Part shown: piece by piece, positions 19,524-28,031 of the stretch
Position numbering within the stretch: position 1 is the stretch's first letter
Layout: the number at the start of each line of letters is the position of its first letter
Virus record (IMG/VR): IMGVR_UViG_3300008255_000022
Span: 1 to 45,724 of that record
DNA length: 45,724 nt
Direction: 5' to 3' (one strand)
From: a virus
Lineage: Duplodnaviria > Caudoviricetes
The notes under the pieces: generated by a model
Seen by the model: only the letters and a program-made list of their open reading frames with translations
Told to the model about the DNA's origin: nothing
Databases searched by the model: none
Translations under genes and position numbers: made by a program

Positions 19524-19550
19524 AGGATGGGTTAATAATTAACCAATTCT
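19524..19550. repeat. 27-bp dyad element copy 7 (AGGATG-GGTTAATAATTAACC-AATTCT)
   Basis: Read directly; 46 bp centre-to-centre from copy 6. Confidence 0.95.
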
Positions 19551-19805
19551 GGTGTTTTTGGTCGTACTTGGCTGTTTAAGGGCACTATAATGAGAGCTAT
19601 AATGATGTGCTAAATAAACGGGTCGTGAGATGATGTAAATGCCCGTTCGAGTGTATCATTGCCCGATTCGATTTGTTAAAACGGGCACTTTTTTAGACCA
19701 TTATACAGCAAGGTAATCTGAACAATTCTTCACAACTATAATCTACACGCGACACGCGAGTAGCATGTTGAGTCAGCGCAACGTTGGTTATGTTACTATG
19801 CTGGG

Positions 19806-19834
19806 TTGACTTTTTGAGGATTGTTTCGTATATT
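19806..19834 (+). promoter_or_regulatory. Sigma70-type early promoter
   Basis: TTGACT-17 nt-TATATT. Confidence 0.7.
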
Positions 19835-19882
19835 ATAGATGTGTGAGAGATCATACTATTGCCTAACCAACAAACCAGCGAT

Positions 19883-20326
19883 ATGAATAACCCAACCTAT
19901 AACGAGCTGATCACAGATCGTAGCTTGAGCGTACTGAAAAGTGTGTTTAAGAACGAACGAAACAGCGAACATGTGAGGTATTTGGCCCTCATGGAGTATA
20001 CAGCGAAGTTCTACAATGCCAATAATAGGGCACTGCTTCCTGGCTATAATACTTGTCAATATAATAAAACAGCAAGTTCACAAGGCTGTGCCATTGGCCA
20101 GCACTTAACCGGGCCAGTTCCTCAGGAGCACAATACAAAGATTATTACCATGCTACTCAACCATTGTAGCTGGTTAATTCCAAGCTGGATGTACTCATTA
20201 GATAAATACTTTCTAATGTCAGTGCAGAAACTGCATGATATTCCACAGCATTGGGATGCTAAAGGTATCACACCCTACGGCAAACGCTATTTTGAGATTC
20301 ATATGAACAAATGGCTAAACTTATGA
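19883..20326 (+). CDS. Hypothetical protein (start reassigned to ATG 19883)
   Basis: ORF with C.Y...GCAIG and Q.LHD motifs common in small phage proteins. Confidence 0.7.
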   Translation: MNNPTYNELITDRSLSVLKSVFKNERNSEHVRYLALMEYTAKFYNANNRALLPGYNTCQYNKTASSQGCAIGQHLTGPVPQEHNTKIITMLLNHCSWLIPSWMYSLDKYFLMSVQKLHDIPQHWDAKGITPYGKRYFEIHMNKWLNL

Positions 20327-20529
20327 ACAGTTACATCATGCTATCCAGTCTTGGCTTAGCCATTAACAAGGAGACACGGATGCTGCATCTCATTGGAAGC
20401 GATGGGAAAGGTAGTGAAGTTCAGAAAAAACCACTTTGTCATATGTTCAGCAAAGATGCTAACTGGATACAGCACGCTGATACTGACGAAATCTGGTTTG
20501 TAGTAGAAATGCTAGCAAACCCAACCTAA
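20311..20529 (+). CDS. Hypothetical protein (start may be 20323)
   Basis: Fills the gap in the operon. Confidence 0.55.
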   Translation: MAKLMNSYIMLSSLGLAINKETRMLHLIGSDGKGSEVQKKPLCHMFSKDANWIQHADTDEIWFVVEMLANPT

Positions 20530-20550
20530 AACCGCCTAACCAACAGAACA

Positions 20551-21219
20551 ATGAGTATACACAATAATGATAGGAGAGATATGGAAATGATATCCATAAC
20601 TGAATACATTCTCAAAAATCCTGAAGAAATGAGTACTTTAACCCATGAGTTAGATAAGGTTATTTACAAACATATAAAGGATAAATTTAATGAGGATACA
20701 ATTAATCCTCATGCTCTTCACGCAGCTCTTATTGTTTTGAAGAGTTCTGTGTTAGATGCTATGCCTGCGCACAGAAAACAGTTGGAATTGTTTGAGGATA
20801 TGTGTGGAACGTTTTCTATTAACCGGGCTACCGTAGTTGATAGTTTCCTTGAAAAAATTAGAAATCAGGAAAAATTATCAGGCAAAGTAGATTCTGATCG
20901 TACTTTTGTCATGTTGGACGAAGAATTCCAAAAAAAGAGTCAACAGAAAATTGTTCAGGAAATGTCTACACTATTGATAGATAATATGACAGAGTTTGTC
21001 AATAGTATTAGCAATCATGCTTTTGTCATGGGCTATAAAGCAGAAATTATACCTATGGTATTGATGACACTCTGCATCAGCGGACTTATGTCATTGGCTC
21101 GACCTAAGTATAACACAGTTGGAGCATTTGTTGCCTATGATTTCTTAGTGTGCATGTCAAGAATGTTTGAAATGTATATTCGGGACCTACCAGAAAGTCC
21201 TAAGATTAACTTGAACTAG
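20551..21219 (+). CDS. Hypothetical helical protein
   Basis: 222-aa ORF with ACAGAACA-ATG leader. Confidence 0.7.
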   Translation: MSIHNNDRRDMEMISITEYILKNPEEMSTLTHELDKVIYKHIKDKFNEDTINPHALHAALIVLKSSVLDAMPAHRKQLELFEDMCGTFSINRATVVDSFLEKIRNQEKLSGKVDSDRTFVMLDEEFQKKSQQKIVQEMSTLLIDNMTEFVNSISNHAFVMGYKAEIIPMVLMTLCISGLMSLARPKYNTVGAFVAYDFLVCMSRMFEMYIRDLPESPKINLN

Positions 21220-21236
21220 CATAACTAATCGCTTGG

Positions 21237-21338
21237 TTAGGCGAAGATCCACTCAACTATCTGTGCAGTGAAAGGATAGGTTAATAATTAACCAATGCTT
21301 AATAGCTCACAGATATGTTGATGTGGATTTTAACCTAA
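21237..21338 (+). other. Long imperfect hairpin enclosing dyad copy 8 (possible RNase III site or sRNA)
   Basis: TTAGG..AAGATCCAC-TCAAC-TATCTGTG pairs with CACAGATA-GTTGA-GTGGATTTT..CCTAA, with two bulges and a G-U pair. Confidence 0.55.
21273..21299. repeat. 27-bp dyad element copy 8 (AGGATA-GGTTAATAATTAACC-AATGCT)
   Basis: Read directly. Confidence 0.95.
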
Positions 21339-21430
21339 ACAACATTCATTAGAAAGAAGTAGGAGGTGGATTGTAACGTTTTCGTGACGTATATTGCCTT
21401 TCCTTAAGACGTTACATTTAGTTATAGCAT

Positions 21431-21883
21431 ATGAAACAGTTACCGAGAATTAGTATTGCCGGTCGAGCTATGCCTCAGGACGTTTGTCTTGTGGCTTTGT
21501 ACCTTAATAAACTTGGCTACGTGCTGAATACCAGGAGTGATCTGGTTAATGCGACATTTGATGCTATGGCTAACCTAGCCAGACAGCTTGACACAGATTT
21601 GCCAAATGAGGTAGATAATCATGATAGTATGCTTATGCTGCAATCTCTTGACCTTGAGTGGCCTAGTAAACGTGGTAAGAATGATTGGCGATCAGCCCTT
21701 CAACTGGACACACTCAAGGATTTATCTCCTGAACAAATTGAGCAGGTGAATAACTATGCTGCATCTCTTTCTACTGGTGCTAGTTCTGAGTCTAATTCTC
21801 TGGTGGCAAACGGTTTGGACTTTCTTGATGAACTGGAAGAACTTGACCTTTCACTTAGAGGAGAAAGTGAAGAAAATGAATGA
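21431..21883 (+). CDS. Hypothetical protein
   Basis: 150-aa ORF with acidic tail. Confidence 0.7.
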   Translation: MKQLPRISIAGRAMPQDVCLVALYLNKLGYVLNTRSDLVNATFDAMANLARQLDTDLPNEVDNHDSMLMLQSLDLEWPSKRGKNDWRSALQLDTLKDLSPEQIEQVNNYAASLSTGASSESNSLVANGLDFLDELEELDLSLRGESEENE

Positions 21884-22139
21884 AGTTGAAATCACTCTAC
21901 GCTTCTCTGTAAATGTAGAGATGTGGACAGAATACGAAGATCCTGGTGAATCCGGTTTATCCCTATCGCAGGGAAAAATTGGTTATCTTGAGTTTAATGA
22001 ACCTGATCTTCATACAGCTATTGCTGATGCCCTCATGAAGTTTATAGGTAAGGATTACCTGTTATCCGGCAACGGTGAGGGATTTTTCAAAGCTGTACAG
22101 GATACTGAAGTATTGCTTGATGTGAAGGTTGTTATTTAA
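21876..22139 (+). CDS. Hypothetical protein (start reassigned to ATG 21876)
   Basis: MNEVEITLRF...; short overlap with the upstream stop. Confidence 0.6.
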   Translation: MNEVEITLRFSVNVEMWTEYEDPGESGLSLSQGKIGYLEFNEPDLHTAIADALMKFIGKDYLLSGNGEGFFKAVQDTEVLLDVKVVI

Positions 22140-22232
22140 TAAATAAAGCGTTATAAACCTTGCTAATCAATTTTCTCATAAAATCCCTTTCATTGTTACT
22201 GACATAGACCCTGTTCATAAGACTAAGCCGAA

Positions 22233-22847
22233 ATGTTAAAACCACATATCATAGTTAGAAAGAATCAAATAGCTGTACGATTTCCTTTTGATTTAACTGT
22301 GAAAGATGAACTAAAAGCAGCTGTCCCATTTGCTCAAAGAAAATGGGAGCCTAGCACAAAGTACTGGGTTCTATCCTCTACAAAGGAAAACTTTGAACAC
22401 GCAAAAAGGATCCTCAATAAAAAATGGGGACCAGATGTTATTGTGCTGAATGAAACAGGTAATCCGCAGATTACATTTGATACCAGTATAGACACTTCAT
22501 CTTATTACACTATTCTTGAAATCAGTGAGGATGCTTCTGCGAAGGAGATTAAAAAAGCTTACCGCTCTCTCATCGTGCAGCTACATCCAGACAAGGCACA
22601 AGGGGAGGTTGACACGAAGTATTTTCATCTTGTTCAGCGTGCCTATGAAACGTTGAAGGATGAAAAGCGTAGAAAAGCGTATGATCTCTCTCGCTCCGTT
22701 ATGTACAATCATAAGGAGCATGTTATCAGAGCAAAGGCTAAACAACCACCTCCGCCAGTTAACCGAGAGTACACTAAAAAAGAGCAACCAGAACAGCCAG
22801 AAGATGACTGGCTCGGGCCAAACTACTCAGGCTCATTCAGCACCTAA
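22233..22847 (+). CDS. J-domain (DnaJ) protein with N-terminal HARP-like domain
   Basis: YYTILEI...EIKKAYR...LHPDK...AYETL.D...RKAYD; N-terminal FPFD...K...RKW.P..K.W. Confidence 0.85.
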   Translation: MLKPHIIVRKNQIAVRFPFDLTVKDELKAAVPFAQRKWEPSTKYWVLSSTKENFEHAKRILNKKWGPDVIVLNETGNPQITFDTSIDTSSYYTILEISEDASAKEIKKAYRSLIVQLHPDKAQGEVDTKYFHLVQRAYETLKDEKRRKAYDLSRSVMYNHKEHVIRAKAKQPPPPVNREYTKKEQPEQPEDDWLGPNYSGSFST

Positions 22848-23092
22848 CTTCTCTCCAGGTAGCAGTACGTATGGTATGGGCTCCGCAAGTGCACACGCTT
22901 TCAATTTACCTAATTTTGGTATTGTACTTAATCCGTTTATTAGTTTATTTGGTCAAATGAAAATATTTACCAATAAAGTAAACCTTACACATTTAAGTGT
23001 AGGTATTACGGTAATGGTAGAGGGTATATTGAAGCTATAGATAAGAAAGATATTTTGGAAATTCAAAAAATCTAACCAACATAACCAAGCCG

Positions 23093-23674
23093 ATGAGTAA
23101 CTTAATTAAGGATAACAGTAACCTTGCTGAAGGATCTGTTTTCGACACCTCAAACAGTCAAGGCGTAAAGCCGGAAGATGTTTTAGCCAACTGCGATGTG
23201 ATCGTAATGCTAGACATTAGTGGAAGCATGGATGCTTTCGTTTACGGAGCTAACAAGAATCGTTGGGAAGCTGCTGTAGACCAACTTCGACTTATTCAAC
23301 GTACCTTTCCAGGTCGTGTAGCCCTTATCCAGTTCGGAGGAATGGTTACAGGATTTCGCTTCAACGGAATACCAGATCGACCTACTGGTTCTACTCCTAT
23401 GCATGAAGCTATGGCTATAGCTCATGATTTTGATAATCAAGGCAAACAGTTTTACCTCATCAGCGATGGTCAACCAGATCGAGTAGAAATAGTTCATCAA
23501 TGGGCAAAGGCTTTTGTATCCCCTATTAATACTATCTTTATTGGAGATGATAACGATATTAGTGGTATTAGGCTGTTAGGGGAAGTCAGTCGATTTAGTG
23601 GAGGTGAAGCTTCTGGTAAGCTTGAACCGCAGATGCTCGGTGAAGCAATGAAACTTCTCATCACAAGACAGTAA
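23093..23674 (+). CDS. von Willebrand factor A domain protein
   Basis: MIDAS DISGSM, GSTPM, ISDGQP. Confidence 0.85.
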   Translation: MSNLIKDNSNLAEGSVFDTSNSQGVKPEDVLANCDVIVMLDISGSMDAFVYGANKNRWEAAVDQLRLIQRTFPGRVALIQFGGMVTGFRFNGIPDRPTGSTPMHEAMAIAHDFDNQGKQFYLISDGQPDRVEIVHQWAKAFVSPINTIFIGDDNDISGIRLLGEVSRFSGGEASGKLEPQMLGEAMKLLITRQ

Positions 23675-23676
23675 AC

Positions 23677-24153
23677 ATGGATATTCTCAAACGCCTACTC
23701 GGAGAACTGGAATTCAGGCCAGAATCCCTTCCCTCTGCACGCAACAGATATGCAGATGCTGTTGAAAAGATCTACAATATAGGCCGAATTCGTGCAGGTA
23801 TGGAGGACTCTCCTCACTTGAATCGAGATAATGTTTTCGACTTTGATACTGGTCTACGTATAGTCATTAGCATTGACTACGCTCCTCTCAATCCCGTTAA
23901 GGATCGTGGTCCTTTCGAGCATGTTCAAGGTGTATTTCTCCCTGAACAATTGCATCGTTTTAATAGCAAGCGGACACCGTTTGAGGAGTTTATGCGAGTC
24001 TATTATTACATGGCTAGACTCGATCACACTAGCCCTCTTCCTGTCCTACAAGACATAGATAAGTTCGGTACAATCCACATGCTTTTTCCTCGTCGAGATA
24101 AACTGGACGAAGCAAAGCGACTTTATGAACTAGACCTACCAGACAATGTTTAA
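23677..24153 (+). CDS. Hypothetical protein
   Basis: Operon-packed ORF. Confidence 0.65.
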   Translation: MDILKRLLGELEFRPESLPSARNRYADAVEKIYNIGRIRAGMEDSPHLNRDNVFDFDTGLRIVISIDYAPLNPVKDRGPFEHVQGVFLPEQLHRFNSKRTPFEEFMRVYYYMARLDHTSPLPVLQDIDKFGTIHMLFPRRDKLDEAKRLYELDLPDNV

Positions 24154-24391
24154 TCACTTCCTCTACATAGGTTCAACCTATTTCGCTATAGGTATTTTAC
24201 TCTACGCTTACATTCTTGTTCATAGAGCGTTTTACGTTCGTAGAATAAAAAAAGAGCGTCCACGTAGTAGTAGTAAAATGAAATATCTGCCTGAAGGTTA
24301 TATTCTTGACGGAATCATCCTTACTATAGCTTGGTTCATTATAGCTATAAATAGCATGATGACTGAAATCAAGGATATCATTGAAGATTAA
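24146..24391 (+). CDS. Hypothetical membrane protein
   Basis: Two hydrophobic segments. Confidence 0.6.
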   Translation: MFNHFLYIGSTYFAIGILLYAYILVHRAFYVRRIKKERPRSSSKMKYLPEGYILDGIILTIAWFIIAINSMMTEIKDIIED

Positions 24392-24392
24392 C

Positions 24393-24419
24393 AGAATTGG
24401 TTAATTATTAACCTATCCT
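24393..24419. repeat. 27-bp dyad element copy 9 (AGAATT-GGTTAATTATTAACC-TATCCT)
   Basis: Fills a 37-bp intergenic gap. Confidence 0.95.
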
Positions 24420-24428
24420 CATAACAAC

Positions 24429-24773
24429 ATGCAAACGAAATACTTTGAAATGCGTAGCCCAGGAACCTGTGTTCCTTTAATAGCTACCAGGGTAATGACA
24501 GTATCGTATAATATGCTTTCTGACGAGGTTAGTGAGCGTGTTTATAAGCTACTTAGACGTGCAGGATATGGTCAGGGAAGTCAGAATCTTGTCTTGATCA
24601 CATTCTTAATTGGTAGCGTTAAAGCTGAGTATGATCCCTACAAATGGCCTACAAATGATATGAGAATTGCTCATATTTACATTGAAGAAAATTGGGATAG
24701 TCTCAAAACTGGCGATCTCATTGATGTAGAAAAAATTCTTGGAAAGCTGCCTCTCGGCACTGACCTAAAATAA
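24429..24773 (+). CDS. Hypothetical protein
   Basis: 114 aa; YDPY.W...M..AH.YI..NWD.L..GD.IDV pattern of a recurrent phage protein type. Confidence 0.7.
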   Translation: MQTKYFEMRSPGTCVPLIATRVMTVSYNMLSDEVSERVYKLLRRAGYGQGSQNLVLITFLIGSVKAEYDPYKWPTNDMRIAHIYIEENWDSLKTGDLIDVEKILGKLPLGTDLK

Positions 24774-24796
24774 TTACATATACGTGCGGACAAGGT

Positions 24797-24825
24797 TTGC
24801 TTTTCCGGTTATCGTTTTGTATATT
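24797..24825 (+). promoter_or_regulatory. Sigma70-type promoter
   Basis: TTGCTT-17 nt-TATATT. Confidence 0.6.
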
Positions 24826-24853
24826 GTAGCTACATTCAAACTCGCCTAACCCT

Positions 24854-25198
24854 ATGAGTGACATTAGAGAACTTAAAAAGATTCTTGCCGCTGCAGGTGT
24901 AGCTATGGCCGACACCAAGCAAAAGTCCATAATCGCTGGACTTGATCAGTGGGAGCAAGAATATTTAGAACGTTCAATTATAGTGATTCAGTCTAACCGC
25001 ATAACAGTTAGTTTGGATCACTTTTATCTTCGTGTGAGCCTACCAGACAAGACAGTTGAAGTGTTGAAAGATGGTAAATGGATAGACGTTCATTGTCAGT
25101 ACAATGACCTTGCTGTCCATCATCTTGCTGTTGCTATGGCTCAGGTAGAAGCCCTCATCAGCGCAATCTCATTTCATACTGCCTCTAACCATGCTTAG
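24854..25198 (+). CDS. Hypothetical protein
   Basis: Operon-packed ORF. Confidence 0.65.
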   Translation: MSDIRELKKILAAAGVAMADTKQKSIIAGLDQWEQEYLERSIIVIQSNRITVSLDHFYLRVSLPDKTVEVLKDGKWIDVHCQYNDLAVHHLAVAMAQVEALISAISFHTASNHA

Positions 25199-25694
25199 GT
25201 CCGAACGTATAGCAAAACTACGGGATGAGCTACTCCCATACCTTGAGAGTAAAAAACTCAGCTCATTAATGGCTAAAGCTCTTGCGCAGGAATTTGCGAA
25301 GAAGCTTGATAAAGCTATGCACCCTGTCAATGTTACCATTACAAAGGTAAATATTGAGGATACATTCAACAAGAATCGTAAAATCCTCATCACTCTCCGT
25401 GATCCAGCTAGTACAGATGTTAAGAAAGTACTGGAGGATTACCTCGAACGTGTTCGTGGCTACCCATCTATTGAGTATTGGGATATACAGCAACGAACCG
25501 GAGGGCCAGCTTTTCTCGGCACTCCATTCCTCTGTCACGCACCTGATTTTACGCAGATAGAAACAATTCCGCCTAGTCAACGTGCACGACAGCAAGAAAA
25601 AGTCAAGAAAAATATCATGAACAATCTGGACAGTATGTCCTTAGAGGATCAGTTAGCTTTTATAGAAAAAGTTACCGGCCAGAAAAAAGATTGA
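25191..25694 (+). CDS. Hypothetical protein
   Basis: Operon-packed ORF. Confidence 0.65.
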   Translation: MLRSERIAKLRDELLPYLESKKLSSLMAKALAQEFAKKLDKAMHPVNVTITKVNIEDTFNKNRKILITLRDPASTDVKKVLEDYLERVRGYPSIEYWDIQQRTGGPAFLGTPFLCHAPDFTQIETIPPSQRARQQEKVKKNIMNNLDSMSLEDQLAFIEKVTGQKKD

Positions 25695-25712
25695 TTTTTT
25701 CGTGTATTGCCC

Positions 25713-25741
25713 TTGACTGTCTCCATCCGGTACCGTATTAT
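25713..25741 (+). promoter_or_regulatory. Sigma70-type promoter
   Basis: TTGACT-17 nt-TATTAT; shares GGTACCGTAT with the promoter at 30458. Confidence 0.7.
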
Positions 25742-25785
25742 TCGGTCCGTTCATTCACGAACACCTATTCACAAGAAACAATCCT

Positions 25786-26259
25786 ATGGAAAACGATCCT
25801 ATCATCCCCGAAGGCACTGATGCTGACGGTGACGCCGAAGTCACAACTGATTCCTTCGAGCGCGTAAGTGCTGGTACGTCCTACGGCGAAGGTGCTGACA
25901 AGCAGAAGGTTGAAGCCGAAGTCAATCTCAAAGTCGGAGCCGACATTACGGAGGCTATCGAGCTGTACGGCGAAGAAGTGGTCTACGAACGCTACCGTCG
26001 TGGCGTTGTCAAGGACTGCGGAAATGCTATCCGTTCAGCCCTTAACAAGCATCTCAACGACCCGAATACTGACCCTGAAGAAGTGGCCAGTATTGTAGAG
26101 AAGGAGTTGGCTGGCTGGCGTCCTGACGTTACGCGGAAGCGTGCTGCCAAGTCCACTGAGGAGGATATCTTCTCGAAGTTTGGTTCCTTGTCTGCCGAGA
26201 AGCAGGCCGAGATCCTGGCTCAGCTTCGTGCGAAGGCGGAAGCCGCAACCGAAGGTTAA
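25786..26259 (+). CDS. Hypothetical acidic protein, probably highly expressed
   Basis: 157 aa with its own promoter and capsid-like codon usage. Confidence 0.75.
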   Translation: MENDPIIPEGTDADGDAEVTTDSFERVSAGTSYGEGADKQKVEAEVNLKVGADITEAIELYGEEVVYERYRRGVVKDCGNAIRSALNKHLNDPNTDPEEVASIVEKELAGWRPDVTRKRAAKSTEEDIFSKFGSLSAEKQAEILAQLRAKAEAATEG

Positions 26260-26322
26260 GGCACAAAAATCCCTGGTTAACGGGGGTTAGGCGCGGAAGA
26301 GGGAGGACCAGCATAATCCAAG

Positions 26323-26949
26323 TTGGTTCTCCCTCTATCCGTTTTATGGCACACATACTCTCTCCTAATCGTGCGCCCCTACATCTACATTCATGTTCCA
26401 CAGACAGGCGGTACTTCCCTCGAGCATATCCTTAACGGTACCCCACATAAAAAATCTGCAGCTGAGTTATACCCTGAGTATACAGACGCTGAGTGGAAAC
26501 AACTTTTTGTATTCAGCCTCATTCGTAATCCATACGACAGGGCTGTAGCATTGTACCTCGAACGCTACTATGCGAATGCGTACGGTATGCTTGAGGATGA
26601 TGTATCGTTTAGTGAGTTCTTAGAACTTACGCTGATTCTGCGTAGATCGCCGTACTTTGACAATTGGTCTTTTTACGCTCCGCAGAAATACTGGCTGGAA
26701 AATAAGTTTGGTAGAGTCGTAGTCCCTCACCTCTATCCCTTCGAGCAGTATGATAAATCTGTTCGTAGGATTCTTAAAAAACTCGGTCATCCCTCTCCAG
26801 ATGATGTTGAAATTCCTCACATTCGCAATGTAGGACAACCTGACTGGAGACCTTACTACCTAGGTGAGGATGGACGTAAGGCTGCACACATCGTGCAGAC
26901 AGTTTGGGAGGACGACTTCAAATATCTTAACTACACAAGGAAGCTATGA
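26323..26949 (+). CDS. Sulfotransferase family 2-like protein (start may be GTG 26371)
   Basis: IYIHVPQTGGTS, FSLIRNPYDR, PQ..W, V...DF..LNY. Confidence 0.75.
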   Translation: MVLPLSVLWHTYSLLIVRPYIYIHVPQTGGTSLEHILNGTPHKKSAAELYPEYTDAEWKQLFVFSLIRNPYDRAVALYLERYYANAYGMLEDDVSFSEFLELTLILRRSPYFDNWSFYAPQKYWLENKFGRVVVPHLYPFEQYDKSVRRILKKLGHPSPDDVEIPHIRNVGQPDWRPYYLGEDGRKAAHIVQTVWEDDFKYLNYTRKL

Positions 26950-27335
26950 GCAACGAACCCAACAAACTCGATGGAACCTCTGACAATGAATCTTCTCCTG
27001 CTCGTGACCTCAGCAGGTCTCCTGTTTCTGGTAAACCGGAAACGAGTAAAAGCTCTGAAACTAGAGGCGGAAGCTCTGGAGATGCTTCAGACAGTAACAC
27101 GACAAAGCCACTTAGCTCGAAAGGATCTGGCAGAAGCTCTGAAGTACATGGAGACAGCAGAAGTACACCTCAACAAGTCTCGTCAAATCCAAGTGGAAGT
27201 GAAAAAGGACCTGGAGATCGTGCTTCCGAATCGGATGACAGAGACCAAGAAATTGAACGATTGAAGACGACTATCCTGCGTCAAAGAGTTCAGATCTCCC
27301 GGCTGCAAGCACAGCAGAGACTCGGGAAACGGTAG
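26946..27335 (+). CDS. Ser/Gly-rich disordered protein with C-terminal coiled coil
   Basis: ATGA-coupled to the upstream stop; ends just before a terminator. Confidence 0.5.
   Translation: MSNEPNKLDGTSDNESSPARDLSRSPVSGKPETSKSSETRGGSSGDASDSNTTKPLSSKGSGRSSEVHGDSRSTPQQVSSNPSGSEKGPGDRASESDDRDQEIERLKTTILRQRVQISRLQAQQRLGKR
26971..27264 (+). CDS. Nested +1-frame protein: TM anchor plus coiled coil
   Basis: 97 aa; hydrophobic N-terminus followed by RKR and a heptad-like helix. Confidence 0.5.
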   Translation: MEPLTMNLLLLVTSAGLLFLVNRKRVKALKLEAEALEMLQTVTRQSHLARKDLAEALKYMETAEVHLNKSRQIQVEVKKDLEIVLPNRMTETKKLND

Positions 27336-27348
27336 CCCTGCGACAGTT

Positions 27349-27387
27349 ATAGTCCTCCCCACCATACGGGGAGGGCTATTTCTGTTT
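27349..27387 (+). terminator. Rho-independent terminator
   Basis: ATAGTCCTCCCC-loop-GGGGAGGGCTAT then TTCTGTTT. Confidence 0.75.
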
Positions 27388-27400
27388 AGTTAACTTTTTA

Positions 27401-27427
27401 AGAATGGGTTAATAATTAACCAATGCT
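27401..27427. repeat. 27-bp dyad element copy 10 (AGAATG-GGTTAATAATTAACC-AATGCT)
   Basis: Abuts the ATG at 27428. Confidence 0.95.
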
Positions 27428-27754
27428 ATGCACAAAAAATCAAACTTTCCTGTGATGGAAGGTAACTTTTCAAAGGTTGATCAGTACCTCATCAATAACT
27501 TATGGTGGTTTAATAGAAAAACGGTAGACAAATTTCGTGACGATCTTCCTATTTACACTATTCGTATATCTTCATGTAAGCTACGATATAGTTTCGGGTC
27601 AGCTGTTATGAAGGAAGTTGGGATCAAGGATGTGTTGCTTCTACTTGATGCTACTATTCTCACAGTTGATGGACTTGATCCTATTCAGTTAAAGGGAGCG
27701 GAGAATGGTCTTGGTTGGAGGTTTACCTTTCAGATTATCTTTCCTGAGCCATGA
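27428..27754 (+). CDS. Hypothetical protein
   Basis: 108-aa ORF. Confidence 0.6.
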   Translation: MHKKSNFPVMEGNFSKVDQYLINNLWWFNRKTVDKFRDDLPIYTIRISSCKLRYSFGSAVMKEVGIKDVLLLLDATILTVDGLDPIQLKGAENGLGWRFTFQIIFPEP

Positions 27755-27803
27755 TGACAGAAGAACAAATTCTTGAGATAGCTAATAAAAAAGGTAAACT
27801 ATA

Positions 27804-28031
27804 ATGGACAACACCACCGAACAGATTATCCTCAATGCGCAGTCTCGTTTGCGTTTAAGCATAGAGGCTCTTGAAAAACGATGTGACAGGCAGGATGCTG
27901 TCATTCGTGAGCTTGTAAAGAAGGTTCAGGAATCCAACATCATGGCTGAACTTTCAGATGATGATGACATTGCCCATAAGCTCGATTTGCTTGGCGACAA
28001 CAACAAATGGAATGACGAGGTTCCGGTATGA
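27804..28031 (+). CDS. Hypothetical coiled-coil protein
   Basis: 75 aa, ATGA-coupled to the nuclease gene. Confidence 0.65.
   Translation: MDNTTEQIILNAQSRLRLSIEALEKRCDRQDAVIRELVKKVQESNIMAELSDDDDIAHKLDLLGDNNKWNDEVPV

Noticed and set aside
19478-19550. Tandem dyads as a mini CRISPR array
   Set aside because: Only two units with a 19-bp gap; the other copies are dispersed singly and no cas operon is present
22660-23040. 126-aa ORF overlapping the J-domain gene
   Set aside because: Half overlaps a confident gene and the rest is AT-rich with no motif; a short ORF in 22870-23040 cannot be excluded
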